A DNA stretch of 64,000 bases from Alphaproteobacteria bacterium (GTDB lineage Bacteria > Pseudomonadota > Alphaproteobacteria > UBA828), in NCBI GenBank assembly GCA_963667785.2, contig CAXXMU010000002.1:608001-672000 (forward strand). Direction: 5' to 3'. Within the stretch, counting starts at the first letter, position 1. Each line of letters starts with the position of its first letter. The translations under genes were made by a program, and so were the position numbers. The notes under the pieces were generated by a model. It did no database searches and was not told where the DNA came from. It was given only the letters and a program-made list of their open reading frames with translations. This document shows positions 9,758 through 18,554 of the stretch, in pieces.

Positions 9758-10537
9758 TCACGCATCGGCGAGCGCCGACGGACTCTCGGGCAGGATCTGC
9801 CCGCCGTCGAGCACCAGCGCCTGCCCGGTGATGTAGCGCGCCTGGTCGCTGGCGAGGTAGACCGCAGCAAAGGCGATGTCCTCGGGCTCGCCGATGTAGC
9901 CGGCGGGGATGACCGCCCTGATGTCCTCCACCTGATCGCCGCCGAGATCGACCAGGCCCTCGGTCATGATGGAGCCGGGGGAGATCGCGTTGACCGTGAT
10001 GTCGTGCTTGGCGAGCTCCAGTGCTGCGCCCCTGACGAACGCGTTCACGCCGCCCTTCGACGCCATGTAGTGGGAGAGCCCCGGCCAGCCCACGTTGGGG
10101 CCGGTGATCGAGGAGATGACGACGACGCGGCCCTTCCCTTGCGCCTTCATCTGCGGGATGCACGCCCGGACGCCGTGGAAGACGCCCTTCAGGTTGGTAT
10201 CGATCGTGTCGTCCCAGGTCTCGTCGTCCATGTCCGCGATGTGGGCGACGGGAAAGACGCCCGCGTTGGCGCAGAGCACGTCGATGGCGCCGTAGCGGGC
10301 GATGCAGGCCGCCGCCATCCCCTCCATGTCGGCGCGCCGCTTGACGTCGGCCTGGAGGAACGAGGCCTCGCCGCCGGCCGCGCAGATCGCGTCGGCCGTG
10401 GCCTGCCCGGCGTCGGCGCTGCGGTTCACCACCAGCACCCGCGCGCCTTCCCGCGCGAACACCGTCGCGATGCCCTTGCCGATGCCGCGGCCCGCGCCGG
10501 TCACGATTGCGGCCTTGCCCTCGAGCGTGATCGCCAT
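9758..10537 (-). CDS. Short-chain dehydrogenase/reductase (FabG-like)
   Basis: TGAGRGIG, CANAG, YMASK, NAISPG, ITGQALVLDGG; the real gene is the C-terminal part of track ORF 9758..11977. Confidence 0.9.
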   Translation of the reverse strand: MAITLEGKAAIVTGAGRGIGKGIATVFAREGARVLVVNRSADAGQATADAICAAGGEASFLQADVKRRADMEGMAAACIARYGAIDVLCANAGVFPVAHIADMDDETWDDTIDTNLKGVFHGVRACIPQMKAQGKGRVVVISSITGPNVGWPGLSHYMASKGGVNAFVRGAALELAKHDITVNAISPGSIMTEGLVDLGGDQVEDIRAVIPAGYIGEPEDIAFAAVYLASDQARYITGQALVLDGGQILPESPSALADA

Positions 10538-10654
10538 GCTCCCCTCCCGCCGGTTGCGCGCGGACGATAGCACGGCGCCGCGCAGGCCGTGACCGTGGGG
10601 AGACATGCGGGCTAGAGTGGCGCCGCCGGGATGCCGTAATTCGGAGCTGTCTCG

Positions 10655-11797
10655 ATGCCCATTGACGACGTGTGCGATTCGCTGCCGCTGGTCGACCACC
10701 ATTGCCACGGGCTCTTTCCCGCGGACCTGGATGACGAGCGCCTCGCCGACTCGCTGAGCGAGGCCTTCGCGCCAGCGCCGGCCGGCACGAGCCACTGGGA
10801 CAAGCCGGTCGCGCTGTCGGTGCGGCGCTGGTGCGCGCCGCTGCTCGACCTGCCGCCGCTCTCTTCGCCCGCGGACTACGCCGCGCGCCGGTGCGCGCTC
10901 GGGGCCGAGGAGGTGAACAGGCGCTTCCTCGCGGCGGCGGGGATCGGCACCTATCTGGTCGATTCCGGCAACCGGCCGGAGGAGCTCTGCAGCGTCGCCG
11001 AGGTCGGCGCCATCGCCGGCGCGCCGGCGCGGGAGATCGTGCGCATGGAATCGGTCGCGGAAGTGGTCGCCCAGAGCGGCGTCGCGGCGGCCGGCTACGG
11101 CGAAGCGTTCGAGGCGGCCCTGCGCGAGTCCATCGGGGGCGACGTCGTCGGTCTCAAGTCCATCCTCGCCTACCGCGCGACGCTCAGCATCGACTACGGC
11201 CGGCCGAGCGATGCCGAAGTCGAGGCGGCGGCCGGGCGCTGGCTCGCCGAGATCGAGCGGACGGGCCGCGCGCGCATCACCGACCAGGTGCTCGAGCGGC
11301 ACCTGATCTGGACCGGCGCGGAGATCGCGGGCGAGCGGGGCTTCCCCATGCAGTTCCACATCGGCATCGGCGATCCCGACATCGAGCTCCACCGCGTCGA
11401 CCCCAGCCACCTGACGCCGTGGATCAAGGCGGTGGAGCCGATGGGCTTCCCGATCACGCTGCTGCATTGCTATCCGTTCCAGCGCGAGGCGGGCCTGCTC
11501 GCGGAGAACTTCCCGGCTGTCTATTTCGACGTGGGCTTCGCGCTCAACTGGGTCGGGCCCGGCTACCAGCGCATCCTGGACGAGGCGCTGGAGCTCGCGC
11601 CCTTCACCAAGCAGCTCTACAGCTCCGACGCCTTCGGCCTCGCCGAGCTCTACTTCCTGGGGGCGCTGCGCTTCCGCACCGCTCTCGCTGCGGCGCTCGG
11701 GCGCTGGGTGGAGGCGGACGAGTGCTCGGCCGCAGACGCCGAGCGGATCGCGGGCCTCATCGGCGTCGAGAACGCCCGGCGCATCTACAGAGTCTAG
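10655..11797 (+). CDS. Amidohydrolase family protein (similar to FluG/NodGS N-terminal domain)
   Basis: VDHHCH metal motif, GLKSILAYR, QFHIGIGD, LLHCYP, YSSDA. Confidence 0.82.
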   Translation: MPIDDVCDSLPLVDHHCHGLFPADLDDERLADSLSEAFAPAPAGTSHWDKPVALSVRRWCAPLLDLPPLSSPADYAARRCALGAEEVNRRFLAAAGIGTYLVDSGNRPEELCSVAEVGAIAGAPAREIVRMESVAEVVAQSGVAAAGYGEAFEAALRESIGGDVVGLKSILAYRATLSIDYGRPSDAEVEAAAGRWLAEIERTGRARITDQVLERHLIWTGAEIAGERGFPMQFHIGIGDPDIELHRVDPSHLTPWIKAVEPMGFPITLLHCYPFQREAGLLAENFPAVYFDVGFALNWVGPGYQRILDEALELAPFTKQLYSSDAFGLAELYFLGALRFRTALAAALGRWVEADECSAADAERIAGLIGVENARRIYRV

Positions 11798-11801
11798 GAC
11801 G

Positions 11802-12599
11802 ATGGCAGGCACGGCGCTGCTCGGCCCGGGCGACCCGCCGCCCTTCGATTCGCTGAACACGCGGAGCACCTCGCGGGCGCTCGTCGTCTGCGACCATGCG
11901 AGCTGCCGCATACCGGCCGCGCTCGGCAACCTCGGCGTGAGCGAGGCGGAGCGCATCGAGCACATCGGCTGGGACATCGGCGCCGCGGCCGTGGCGCGGC
12001 GGCTCAGCGCGCTGCTCGGTGCGCCGGCGATCCTCGCCGGTTACTCCCGCCTGGTGATCGACTGCAACCGGCCTGAGGCGGCGCCGGACAGGATCCCGGC
12101 GGAAAGCGATTCGGTGCCGGTGCCGTGCAACGCAAACCTGGACGAGGCGGCGGTGGAGGCGCGCATCGCGGCGATCTTCACTCCCTATCACGACGCGATC
12201 CACGACGCCCTGGAGCGGATGTGCGCGCGCGGCGACGTGCCTGTGCTGATCGCGGTCCACAGCTTCACCCCGCAGCTCGCGGGCGGCGAGCCGCGCCCGT
12301 GGGAGATCGGTGTCTGCTGGGACAAGGACCAGCGCATGTCGGCGCCGCTGATCGAGCGCCTGCGGGCCGACGGGATCAACGTCGGCGCCAACGAGCCCTA
12401 CGACTTCGGCGTCCTCACCGACTACACCGTGCCGATCCACGCCGAGAGCAGGGGGCTGCCCTCGCTTCTCGTCGAGATCCGCAACGACGAGATTCGCACG
12501 CCCGCGGAGATCGAGACCTGGGCGCAGCGCCTCGCCCGCCACATCCCCGCACTGCTGGCCCTGCCGGAGACGCAGCGTATCGAACACGCCACCGGGTAG
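11802..12599 (+). CDS. N-formylglutamate amidohydrolase family protein
   Basis: CDHAS, HIGWDIGA, YSRLVIDCNR, HSFTP, NEPY, EIRND. Confidence 0.9.
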   Translation: MAGTALLGPGDPPPFDSLNTRSTSRALVVCDHASCRIPAALGNLGVSEAERIEHIGWDIGAAAVARRLSALLGAPAILAGYSRLVIDCNRPEAAPDRIPAESDSVPVPCNANLDEAAVEARIAAIFTPYHDAIHDALERMCARGDVPVLIAVHSFTPQLAGGEPRPWEIGVCWDKDQRMSAPLIERLRADGINVGANEPYDFGVLTDYTVPIHAESRGLPSLLVEIRNDEIRTPAEIETWAQRLARHIPALLALPETQRIEHATG

Positions 12600-12636
12600 C
12601 GCCGCAGCGGGAGGGCGACGCGCCGTTCCCTTTTCA

Positions 12637-12726
12637 CGCTACGGCCGGATTCGTTCCGGCCATCCACGAGTTTTCGTGTAGCAGGGGCAAAGAACGTGGA
12701 TGCCCGGAACGAGTCGGGGCATGACG
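12637..12726. repeat. Inverted pair of REP-like palindromes (CGTCATG..CCG..TCGTTCCGG.CATCCACG family)
   Basis: 12637-12668 is an imperfect inverted repeat of 12695-12726; lies between convergent genes; related sequences at 15711, 33341 and about 51735. Confidence 0.75.
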
Positions 12727-12750
12727 TGTCACGTTGATAGCCGCGTTCGG

Positions 12751-13476
12751 TTATTCGAAGGGCAGGGGAGCGAGGGCCTCGCCGCTCGGCGGGCGGCGGA
12801 AGCGCTGCAGCAGGTAGCGCCGGAGGAACTCTTCCTCCCACTCCCTGGTGCGCTTGATCGCCAGAGCGATCTCCGGCTCCTCCATCGTCATCATCACGAC
12901 GTAGGCGTAGTTCTCCGCGGCCGCGCCGACCTCCCGCAGGTTGGTCTCCGGGTCGCCGGCGATGATCGTCGCCGTGCTGAGCAGGAAGAGCGCTTCCACG
13001 TCGTCCTTGAGCACGCCGAGGCCGCGCGCGTAGAGCACGCCGAGGTTGAAGCGGCTCGCCGCGTCGTCCTGCGCGCCGGCGCGGGCGAACCAGTCGGCCG
13101 CCACCGCATAGTCGCGCTCGACGCCGAGGCCGCCGGCATAGATGGTGCCCATGTTGAACTGGCCGGTGACATCGCCCTGCTCGGCGGCGAGCCGGGTCCA
13201 GTGCAGCGCCTTCGCATGGTCGACCGCAACGCCCTGGCCGTGGATGTAGAGACTGCCGAGCGCCGCCTGGGCCCGCGCGTCGCCTGCCTCGGCGAGCGGC
13301 GTCCATGCCTCGAGCGCAGCCGCGATGTCGCCCCGCTCGTAGGCTTCCTGGCCGCTCTCCCAGTCGGCAAGGGCGCTGCCCGGCGCCGGCGCCATCACGG
13401 CGAGGCCTACGGTGAGGGCGAGCGCCAGCGCGGTCGCCGCCCGTCGCAGGCCGTGCCGCGCGCGGCGATCCTTCAT
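12751..13476 (-). CDS. Secreted Sel1-repeat (TPR-like) protein
   Basis: Signal peptide, then AQAALG.LY..GQGV..D, GQFNMG.IY..GLGV..D and FNLGVLY..GLGV repeats; ATGA overlap with the guaA stop. Confidence 0.85.
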   Translation of the reverse strand: MKDRRARHGLRRAATALALALTVGLAVMAPAPGSALADWESGQEAYERGDIAAALEAWTPLAEAGDARAQAALGSLYIHGQGVAVDHAKALHWTRLAAEQGDVTGQFNMGTIYAGGLGVERDYAVAADWFARAGAQDDAASRFNLGVLYARGLGVLKDDVEALFLLSTATIIAGDPETNLREVGAAAENYAYVVMMTMEEPEIALAIKRTREWEEEFLRRYLLQRFRRPPSGEALAPLPFE

Positions 13477-15017
13477 TCCCATTCGATCGTCCCCGGCGGT
13501 TTCGAGGTCACGTCGTAGACCACGCGGTTGATACCCCGCACCTCGTTGACGATACGGTTCGCGACGGCGCCGAGGAAACCCATGTCGAAGTGGTAGAAGT
13601 CGGCGGTCATGCCGTCCGCCGAGGTGACGGCGCGCAGCGCGCAGACATGCTCGTAGGTGCGCGCATCGCCCATGACGCCCACCGTGCGCACCGGCAGCAG
13701 CACCGCGAAGGCCTGCCAGATGGCGTCGTAGAGCCCGGCGTTGCGTATCTCCTCGATCAGGATCGCATCGGCCTGGCGCAGGATCGCGAGCTTCTCCTCC
13801 GTCACCTCACCGGGAATACGGATCGCAAGCCCCGGGCCGGGGAAGGGGTGGCGCCCGGTCAGCGCCTCCGGCATGCCGAGGGCGCGGCCGAGCGCGCGCA
13901 CCTCGTCCTTGAAGAGCATGCGCAAAGGCTCGACCAGCTCGAGGTTCATCCGCTCCGGCAGCCCGCCGACATTGTGGTGCGACTTGATGACCGCGCTCGG
14001 GCCGCTGACCGAAACCGATTCGATCACGTCCGGATAGAGGGTTCCCTGGGCCAGGAAGTCGGCATCGTCGGCGCTCCGCGCGGCCCGCTCGAACACGTCG
14101 ATGAAGGTGGTGCCGATGATGCGGCGCTTCTCCTCGGGCTCGGTGATGCCGGCGAGCCGTTCCAGGAACGCGGCCCTCGCGTCCTCGTGGACGAGCGGGA
14201 TGTTGTAGTGGCCGCGGAAGAGCTCCGCGACCTCGTCAGCCTCGCGCTCGCGCATCATGCCGGTATCGACGAAGACGCAGGTGAGCTGCTCGCCGATCGC
14301 CTCGTGCAGCAGCACCGCCACCACCGACGAATCGACGCCGCCCGAGAGCCCGCAGATCACCCGGCCTTCGCCCACCTGGGCGCGGATCGCCTCGACGGCG
14401 CTGACGCGGAACGAGGCCATCGACCACTCGCCGCGACAGCCCGCGACGCGGCGCGCGAAGTTCTCCAGTAGCGCCGCCCCGTGGGGGGTGTGCACCACCT
14501 CGGGGTGGAACTGGATGCCGTAGAAGCCGCGCGCGTCGTCGGCGATCGTGGCGAAGGGGGCCGAGTCGGTTCGCGCCACAACGCGAAAGCCGGCCGGCAC
14601 CGCCGCCACCGCGTCGCCGTGGCTCATCCACACCTGCTCCCGCGCGCCCACCGGCCAGACGCCGTCGAACAGCGCGCAAGGCTCCACCACATCGAGGAAG
14701 GCGCGCCCGAACTCGCGCTGGCTCGCGGATTCGACCGCGCCCCCCAGTGCCGCGCACATGGCCTGCTGGCCGTAGCAGATGCCGAGCAGCGGAATACCGA
14801 GCCGGTAGAGGCCCTCGTCCGGCCGCGGCGCCTCAGCCTGCGTCAGCGATGCCGGGCCGCCCGAGAGGATCACGCCCTCGGGCGCCAGCCGCTCGATCTC
14901 GGCCGCCGGCACGGAGAAGGGGCGGATCTCGCAATAGACCCCGGCCTCGCGCACGCGCCTCGCGATGAGCTGTGTCACCTGCGAGCCGAAGTCGAGAATC
15001 AGGATCCGCTCGGTCAT
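13473..15017 (-). CDS. guaA: GMP synthase (glutamine-hydrolysing)
   Basis: [48 protein letters not shown]. Confidence 0.98.
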   Translation of the reverse strand: MTERILILDFGSQVTQLIARRVREAGVYCEIRPFSVPAAEIERLAPEGVILSGGPASLTQAEAPRPDEGLYRLGIPLLGICYGQQAMCAALGGAVESASQREFGRAFLDVVEPCALFDGVWPVGAREQVWMSHGDAVAAVPAGFRVVARTDSAPFATIADDARGFYGIQFHPEVVHTPHGAALLENFARRVAGCRGEWSMASFRVSAVEAIRAQVGEGRVICGLSGGVDSSVVAVLLHEAIGEQLTCVFVDTGMMREREADEVAELFRGHYNIPLVHEDARAAFLERLAGITEPEEKRRIIGTTFIDVFERAARSADDADFLAQGTLYPDVIESVSVSGPSAVIKSHHNVGGLPERMNLELVEPLRMLFKDEVRALGRALGMPEALTGRHPFPGPGLAIRIPGEVTEEKLAILRQADAILIEEIRNAGLYDAIWQAFAVLLPVRTVGVMGDARTYEHVCALRAVTSADGMTADFYHFDMGFLGAVANRIVNEVRGINRVVYDVTSKPPGTIEWE

Positions 15018-15106
15018 GAATCACCGTCACACGGGGCCCCGACCGGCGCAAGATCGGCCAGATCGGGCGAAGCGTTCGCCGCTGCCGGCGGAAGGCGTAT
15101 GCTGTG

Positions 15107-15257
15107 CTAGAGCGTATCCGTCTTTGACGGATACGCGACAGGCCGCGACTGCGGCCCGCCGTCTATGCGGCGCGCCCGCGCAGGCGCCGGCCGCAGGCCG
15201 GCTGCCGTGAGCGACAAAGAGGCTGGAGCGTTTCCGTGTAGAGCGGACACGCTCTAG
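15107..15257. repeat. ~150-bp CTAG-bounded multi-hairpin dispersed element, copy 1 (MITE/RIME-like)
   Basis: Terminal IR CTAGAGCGT...ACGCTCTAG; close second copy at 40300-40449. Confidence 0.88.
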
Positions 15258-15285
15258 GCGCGGCGAGGAGGGGAGGGCCCGGCCG

Positions 15286-15522
15286 ATGGAGCGATGCAGC
15301 CCGCACGCATGGCGCACGCCTGTGGCAGGCGATTCGGCGCTCGTCTGCGACGTGTGCGAGAGCCGGCTCGATCTCGTGTCCGAGATCACGCCGGCGGTGC
15401 AGGCCGACATCCTGCGGGATTACCGCCGCCGCTGCGGCCCCATCGTCGGCCAGCACTTCGAGGAGGCGCTGGAGGCGGCGCTCGCCGAGGCGCGGCGGCG
15501 CGCCGGGAGGCGGGGCGGCTGA
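15286..15522 (+). CDS. Hypothetical small protein with C-x2-H...C-x2-C pattern
   Basis: Strong RBS (GAGGAGGGAGG), GC3-rich codon usage, 78 aa. Confidence 0.55.
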   Translation: MERCSPHAWRTPVAGDSALVCDVCESRLDLVSEITPAVQADILRDYRRRCGPIVGQHFEEALEAALAEARRRAGRRGG

Positions 15523-15523
15523 G

Positions 15524-15664
15524 ATGCGCCGCTTCCTGAGGGACGCCGCCGTCGCCCTGGTGGTGGGCGCCGTCCTGGTGGCGCTGGCCATCCTCTTCAA
15601 GCCCCCGCCCGACGACGCGCCGGACGCCGCGCCGCCGCCGGCTGAGGCGGGGGCGGAGCCCTAG
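15524..15664 (+). CDS. Small single-pass membrane protein (46 aa, below ORF-track cutoff)
   Basis: MRRFLRDAAVALVVGAVLVALAILFKPPPDDAPDAAPPPAEAGAEP*; TGA-G-ATG coupling to the previous ORF. Confidence 0.55.
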   Translation: MRRFLRDAAVALVVGAVLVALAILFKPPPDDAPDAAPPPAEAGAEP

Positions 15665-15710
15665 CATGCCGATCGAGACGGTCGACCGCATCGACGAGGT
15701 GCCCCCGTCA

Positions 15711-15730
15711 CGTCATGGCCGGGCATGACG
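15711..15730. repeat. Collapsed REP-like palindrome CGTCATGGCCGGGCATGACG
   Basis: Matches the outer ends of the 12637-12726 element. Confidence 0.55.
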
Positions 15731-15740
15731 AGCCCGGTTG

Positions 15741-16046
15741 CTATGCCGCCGACTGCCTCGGCGTAACCCGTTCGTCTATCTCGCGGCCCCTGGCAATCTC
15801 GGCCCGCCGCAGCTCCCATGTCTTCTGCAGGTTCATCCAGAGTTGCGGAGTCGTTCCGAAATACCGCGCCAGCCTGAGCGCCGTATCCGCGCTCACCCCC
15901 CGCTGGCCGTTGAGGATCATCGTGATCCGATTCACCGGCACGCCCAGCGACTTCGCCAGCTCGTTCGCTGACAGGCCGAGCCCGGCGATCTCCTCGCGAA
16001 GGATCTCACCTGGGTGCACCGGCCGCATTCCGTTCCGGACAGTCAT
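15741..16046 (-). CDS. higA: HigA-family antitoxin (XRE HTH)
   Basis: PVHPGEILREE, LGVPVNRIT.ILNGQRGVSADTALRLARYFGTTPQLWMNLQ. Confidence 0.93.
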   Translation of the reverse strand: MTVRNGMRPVHPGEILREEIAGLGLSANELAKSLGVPVNRITMILNGQRGVSADTALRLARYFGTTPQLWMNLQKTWELRRAEIARGREIDERVTPRQSAA

Positions 16047-16057
16047 GTTCGCACCCC

Positions 16058-16336
16058 TCAGTGGTAGTCGACGATCTCCACGTCGGATGGGCCTTCGTCA
16101 GTCCAGCGAAAGCAAATGCGCCATTGCACGTTGACTCGAATGCTGTGCTGCCCCTCCCGGTTACCCCGCAACGCCTCCAGCCGATTGCTCGGCAAGGCGG
16201 CGAGGTCCCGAAGCGATTCGGCTGCATCAAGAAGTGCAAGGCGCCGCGCCGCCTGATCGGCGAACCCCTGAAATGCCGAGACGCGATGACCTTCGAAGAA
16301 GCGCTGCGTGTCCCGTCCCTTGAAGCTTCGAATCAT
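16058..16336 (-). CDS. higB: HigB-family (RelE/ParE superfamily) toxin
   Basis: MIRSFK, PSNRLEALRGNREGQHSIRVN.QWRICF.W, EIVDYH; toxin-first order. Confidence 0.93.
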   Translation of the reverse strand: MIRSFKGRDTQRFFEGHRVSAFQGFADQAARRLALLDAAESLRDLAALPSNRLEALRGNREGQHSIRVNVQWRICFRWTDEGPSDVEIVDYH

Positions 16337-16344
16337 TCTCGGGA

Positions 16345-16373
16345 ACAGTACTCGCTGTTACGTACTCCGTAAA
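16345..16373 (-). promoter_or_regulatory. higBA promoter with overlapping palindromic operator
   Basis: Minus strand TTTACG-N17-TACTGT, ending 8 nt before the ATG; palindrome TTACG-N5-CGTAA at 16358-16372. Confidence 0.65.
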
Positions 16374-16381
16374 CGCTCCCC

Positions 16382-17569
16382 TCATGCCTTCAGGCGGCTG
16401 CCCAGATGGTCGACGGCCGCCGAGACGCCGCCCCTGCCGTGCGGGATGTCGAGTGCGACGAGCCCGGTCTCCACGGCCCCGAGCGTGCCGAGCATCATGG
16501 GCGCGTTGACGTAGCCCATGTGGGCGATGCGGAAGGCGTGACCGCTGAGCGGACCCAGGCCGATGCCGAGGCTGACGTTGCAGAGCTCCGGGCACCAGTC
16601 GAGCAGGCGGCCGAGATGCGGCTCCTCCAGCAGGATCGTCGTCACCGTCGGCGAGCGTTCCGACGCCTCGGGAGCGTTGAAGGCCAGCGCGCCGCCCTCG
16701 CACCAGCGCTCCACCGCCGCCTGGGTCGCGCCGGCCAGCAGCGCGTGGCGGTGGAAGGCGTCCTCCATCCCCTCCTCGAACAGCATGTCGAGGGACTTGC
16801 GCAGGCCGAACAGCAGGTGCACGGGCGGAGTGCCGCAGTATTTCATGTAGTGGATCTCGCCCTCGCGCACGGTCCAGTCCCAGTAGCGCGTCCTGAGACC
16901 GGCATCGGCGTGGGCGGCGCGCGCCTTCTCTCCCGCCGCGACGAAGCTCAGGCCGGGCGTCATCATCAGCCCCTTCTGCGCGCCGCCGACCGCAACGTCG
17001 ACGCCCCAGCCGTCCATCTCGAACGGCATCGAGCCGAGCGAGGCGATGACGTCGACCATGAAGAGCGCGTCGTGGCCGCTCGCGGCGATGGCCTCGCCCA
17101 GCGCCGCGATGTCGTTCGCGATGCCGGAGGCGGTGTCCACCTGCACCACCAGCACGGCCTTGATCGCGCCCGCGCCATCGGCGCGCAGCCGCGCCTCGAG
17201 CGCTGCCGGCGAGACGGCGCGCCGGGGCTCGGCCTCCAGCACCTCGACCTCGATGCCGAGCGGCTCGGCCATCTCGCCCCAGCCGACGGCGAAGCGCCCG
17301 CTCTCCAGCACCAGCACCTTGTCGCCGCGCGAGAGCACGTTGGTGAGCGCCGCCTCCCAGGCGCCGTGGCCGTTGGCGATGTAGATGTAGGTGCGGCCCT
17401 CACGCGTGCGGAAGACGCGGCGCAGGTCGTCCAGGCAGGTATCGGTGATCCCCGTGAGCTCGCCGCCGTAGATGTCGACGGCCGGCCGGTGCATGGCCTG
17501 CAGCACCTCGTCGGGAACGGTGGTGGGGCCGGGAAGGGCCAGGAAATCGCGGCCGCGGCTTACGGGCAT
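16382..17569 (-). CDS. Class V PLP aminotransferase (serine/alanine-glyoxylate aminotransferase-like)
   Basis: LPGPT, ANGHGAWEAA, VDTASG, VDVIASLG, GAQKGLM (PLP Lys), FRIAHMG. Confidence 0.9.
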   Translation of the reverse strand: MPVSRGRDFLALPGPTTVPDEVLQAMHRPAVDIYGGELTGITDTCLDDLRRVFRTREGRTYIYIANGHGAWEAALTNVLSRGDKVLVLESGRFAVGWGEMAEPLGIEVEVLEAEPRRAVSPAALEARLRADGAGAIKAVLVVQVDTASGIANDIAALGEAIAASGHDALFMVDVIASLGSMPFEMDGWGVDVAVGGAQKGLMMTPGLSFVAAGEKARAAHADAGLRTRYWDWTVREGEIHYMKYCGTPPVHLLFGLRKSLDMLFEEGMEDAFHRHALLAGATQAAVERWCEGGALAFNAPEASERSPTVTTILLEEPHLGRLLDWCPELCNVSLGIGLGPLSGHAFRIAHMGYVNAPMMLGTLGAVETGLVALDIPHGRGGVSAAVDHLGSRLKA

Positions 17570-17675
17570 GGCATACCTCTAGAGGTTCGGCGGCCGGGCC
17601 GGCCGCCGGGCCTTGCCCTACCCCTCCCGCATCGCTTGGGCAACCCCGTTCTGCGCGCGCCCGCCGCCGGCAGCC

Positions 17676-18524
17676 CTAAAGGCCCATCTGGGCGAGCACG
17701 GCCGCCGTGAGAGCGCTGCCGGGGCGACCCATCTCCATGACCACCGAGTAGTGGTTGAGGCCGCCGGCCTCGATCACCGTGGCGTCGTAGCCGCACGTCC
17801 GCCAGGCATCGGCGAAGGCGCGGTTCTGGGCGATGAAGGCGGCGGTCTCAGCCGCGCCGACCGCGGCGATGAGCGGCGCGCCGCCCGCCGCCGGCAGGAG
17901 GTGGATCGGGCTGTTCCGCGCGGCCGCTGCGGCGTCGAGCCGGATGTCGTCGTTGATGCTGGTCTCCATCAGCGGCGCCAGGTCGAAGATGCCGGAGATC
18001 GCCGTGCCGCCCTTCACCAGGTCGGCGGCTCGGCCCCGCGCCGCCCAGTCGGTGCACAGCATCATGGCGGTGAGGTGCCCGCCGGCCGAATGCCCGGAGA
18101 CGAAGATGCGGCCCGCGTCGCCGTTGAGCGTGTCCGCGTTGTCGGCGATCCACTCGACCGCGGTGCGGCACTGCTCGACGATGGTCTCGAGGGTCACCGC
18201 GGGCGCCAGCGCGTAGTTGAGCGAGACGGCCGCGCCGGCGGCGGCGACGATGCCCTCGGCGGGGAAGGAGTGCACGTCCTTGTCCATGGCGCGCCAGTAG
18301 CCGCCGTGGATGAACACCTGGATCGGCGCGCCGCTTTCTGAGGCCGGGAAGAGGTCCGCGGTCATGCCGGGGCCGTCGCCGTAGCGCACGTCCAGGGTGC
18401 AGGCGAGAGCCTCGCGCACCCGCACGCTCTCGGCCTCCCACACCGCGAAATGATCCTCGAAGTCCGGGTGCCGCAGGCGCAGGTTGTATTCCGCCTCCTG
18501 CGGGAGATCCCGCCGCTCGCTCAT
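17676..18524 (-). CDS. Alpha/beta hydrolase (arylformamidase/kynurenine formamidase-like)
   Basis: FIHGGYW, GHSAGGHL nucleophile elbow, SGIFDL, NH. Confidence 0.85.
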   Translation of the reverse strand: MSERRDLPQEAEYNLRLRHPDFEDHFAVWEAESVRVREALACTLDVRYGDGPGMTADLFPASESGAPIQVFIHGGYWRAMDKDVHSFPAEGIVAAAGAAVSLNYALAPAVTLETIVEQCRTAVEWIADNADTLNGDAGRIFVSGHSAGGHLTAMMLCTDWAARGRAADLVKGGTAISGIFDLAPLMETSINDDIRLDAAAAARNSPIHLLPAAGGAPLIAAVGAAETAAFIAQNRAFADAWRTCGYDATVIEAGGLNHYSVVMEMGRPGSALTAAVLAQMGL

Positions 18525-18554
18525 CCCGTCGCTCCCGTCGTTCGGTTGCCGTCG

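Noticed and set aside
15020-15260. Purine riboswitch upstream of guaA
   Set aside because: No purine-riboswitch consensus seen; the structured sequence recurs at 40300 in an unrelated context, so it behaves as a dispersed repeat
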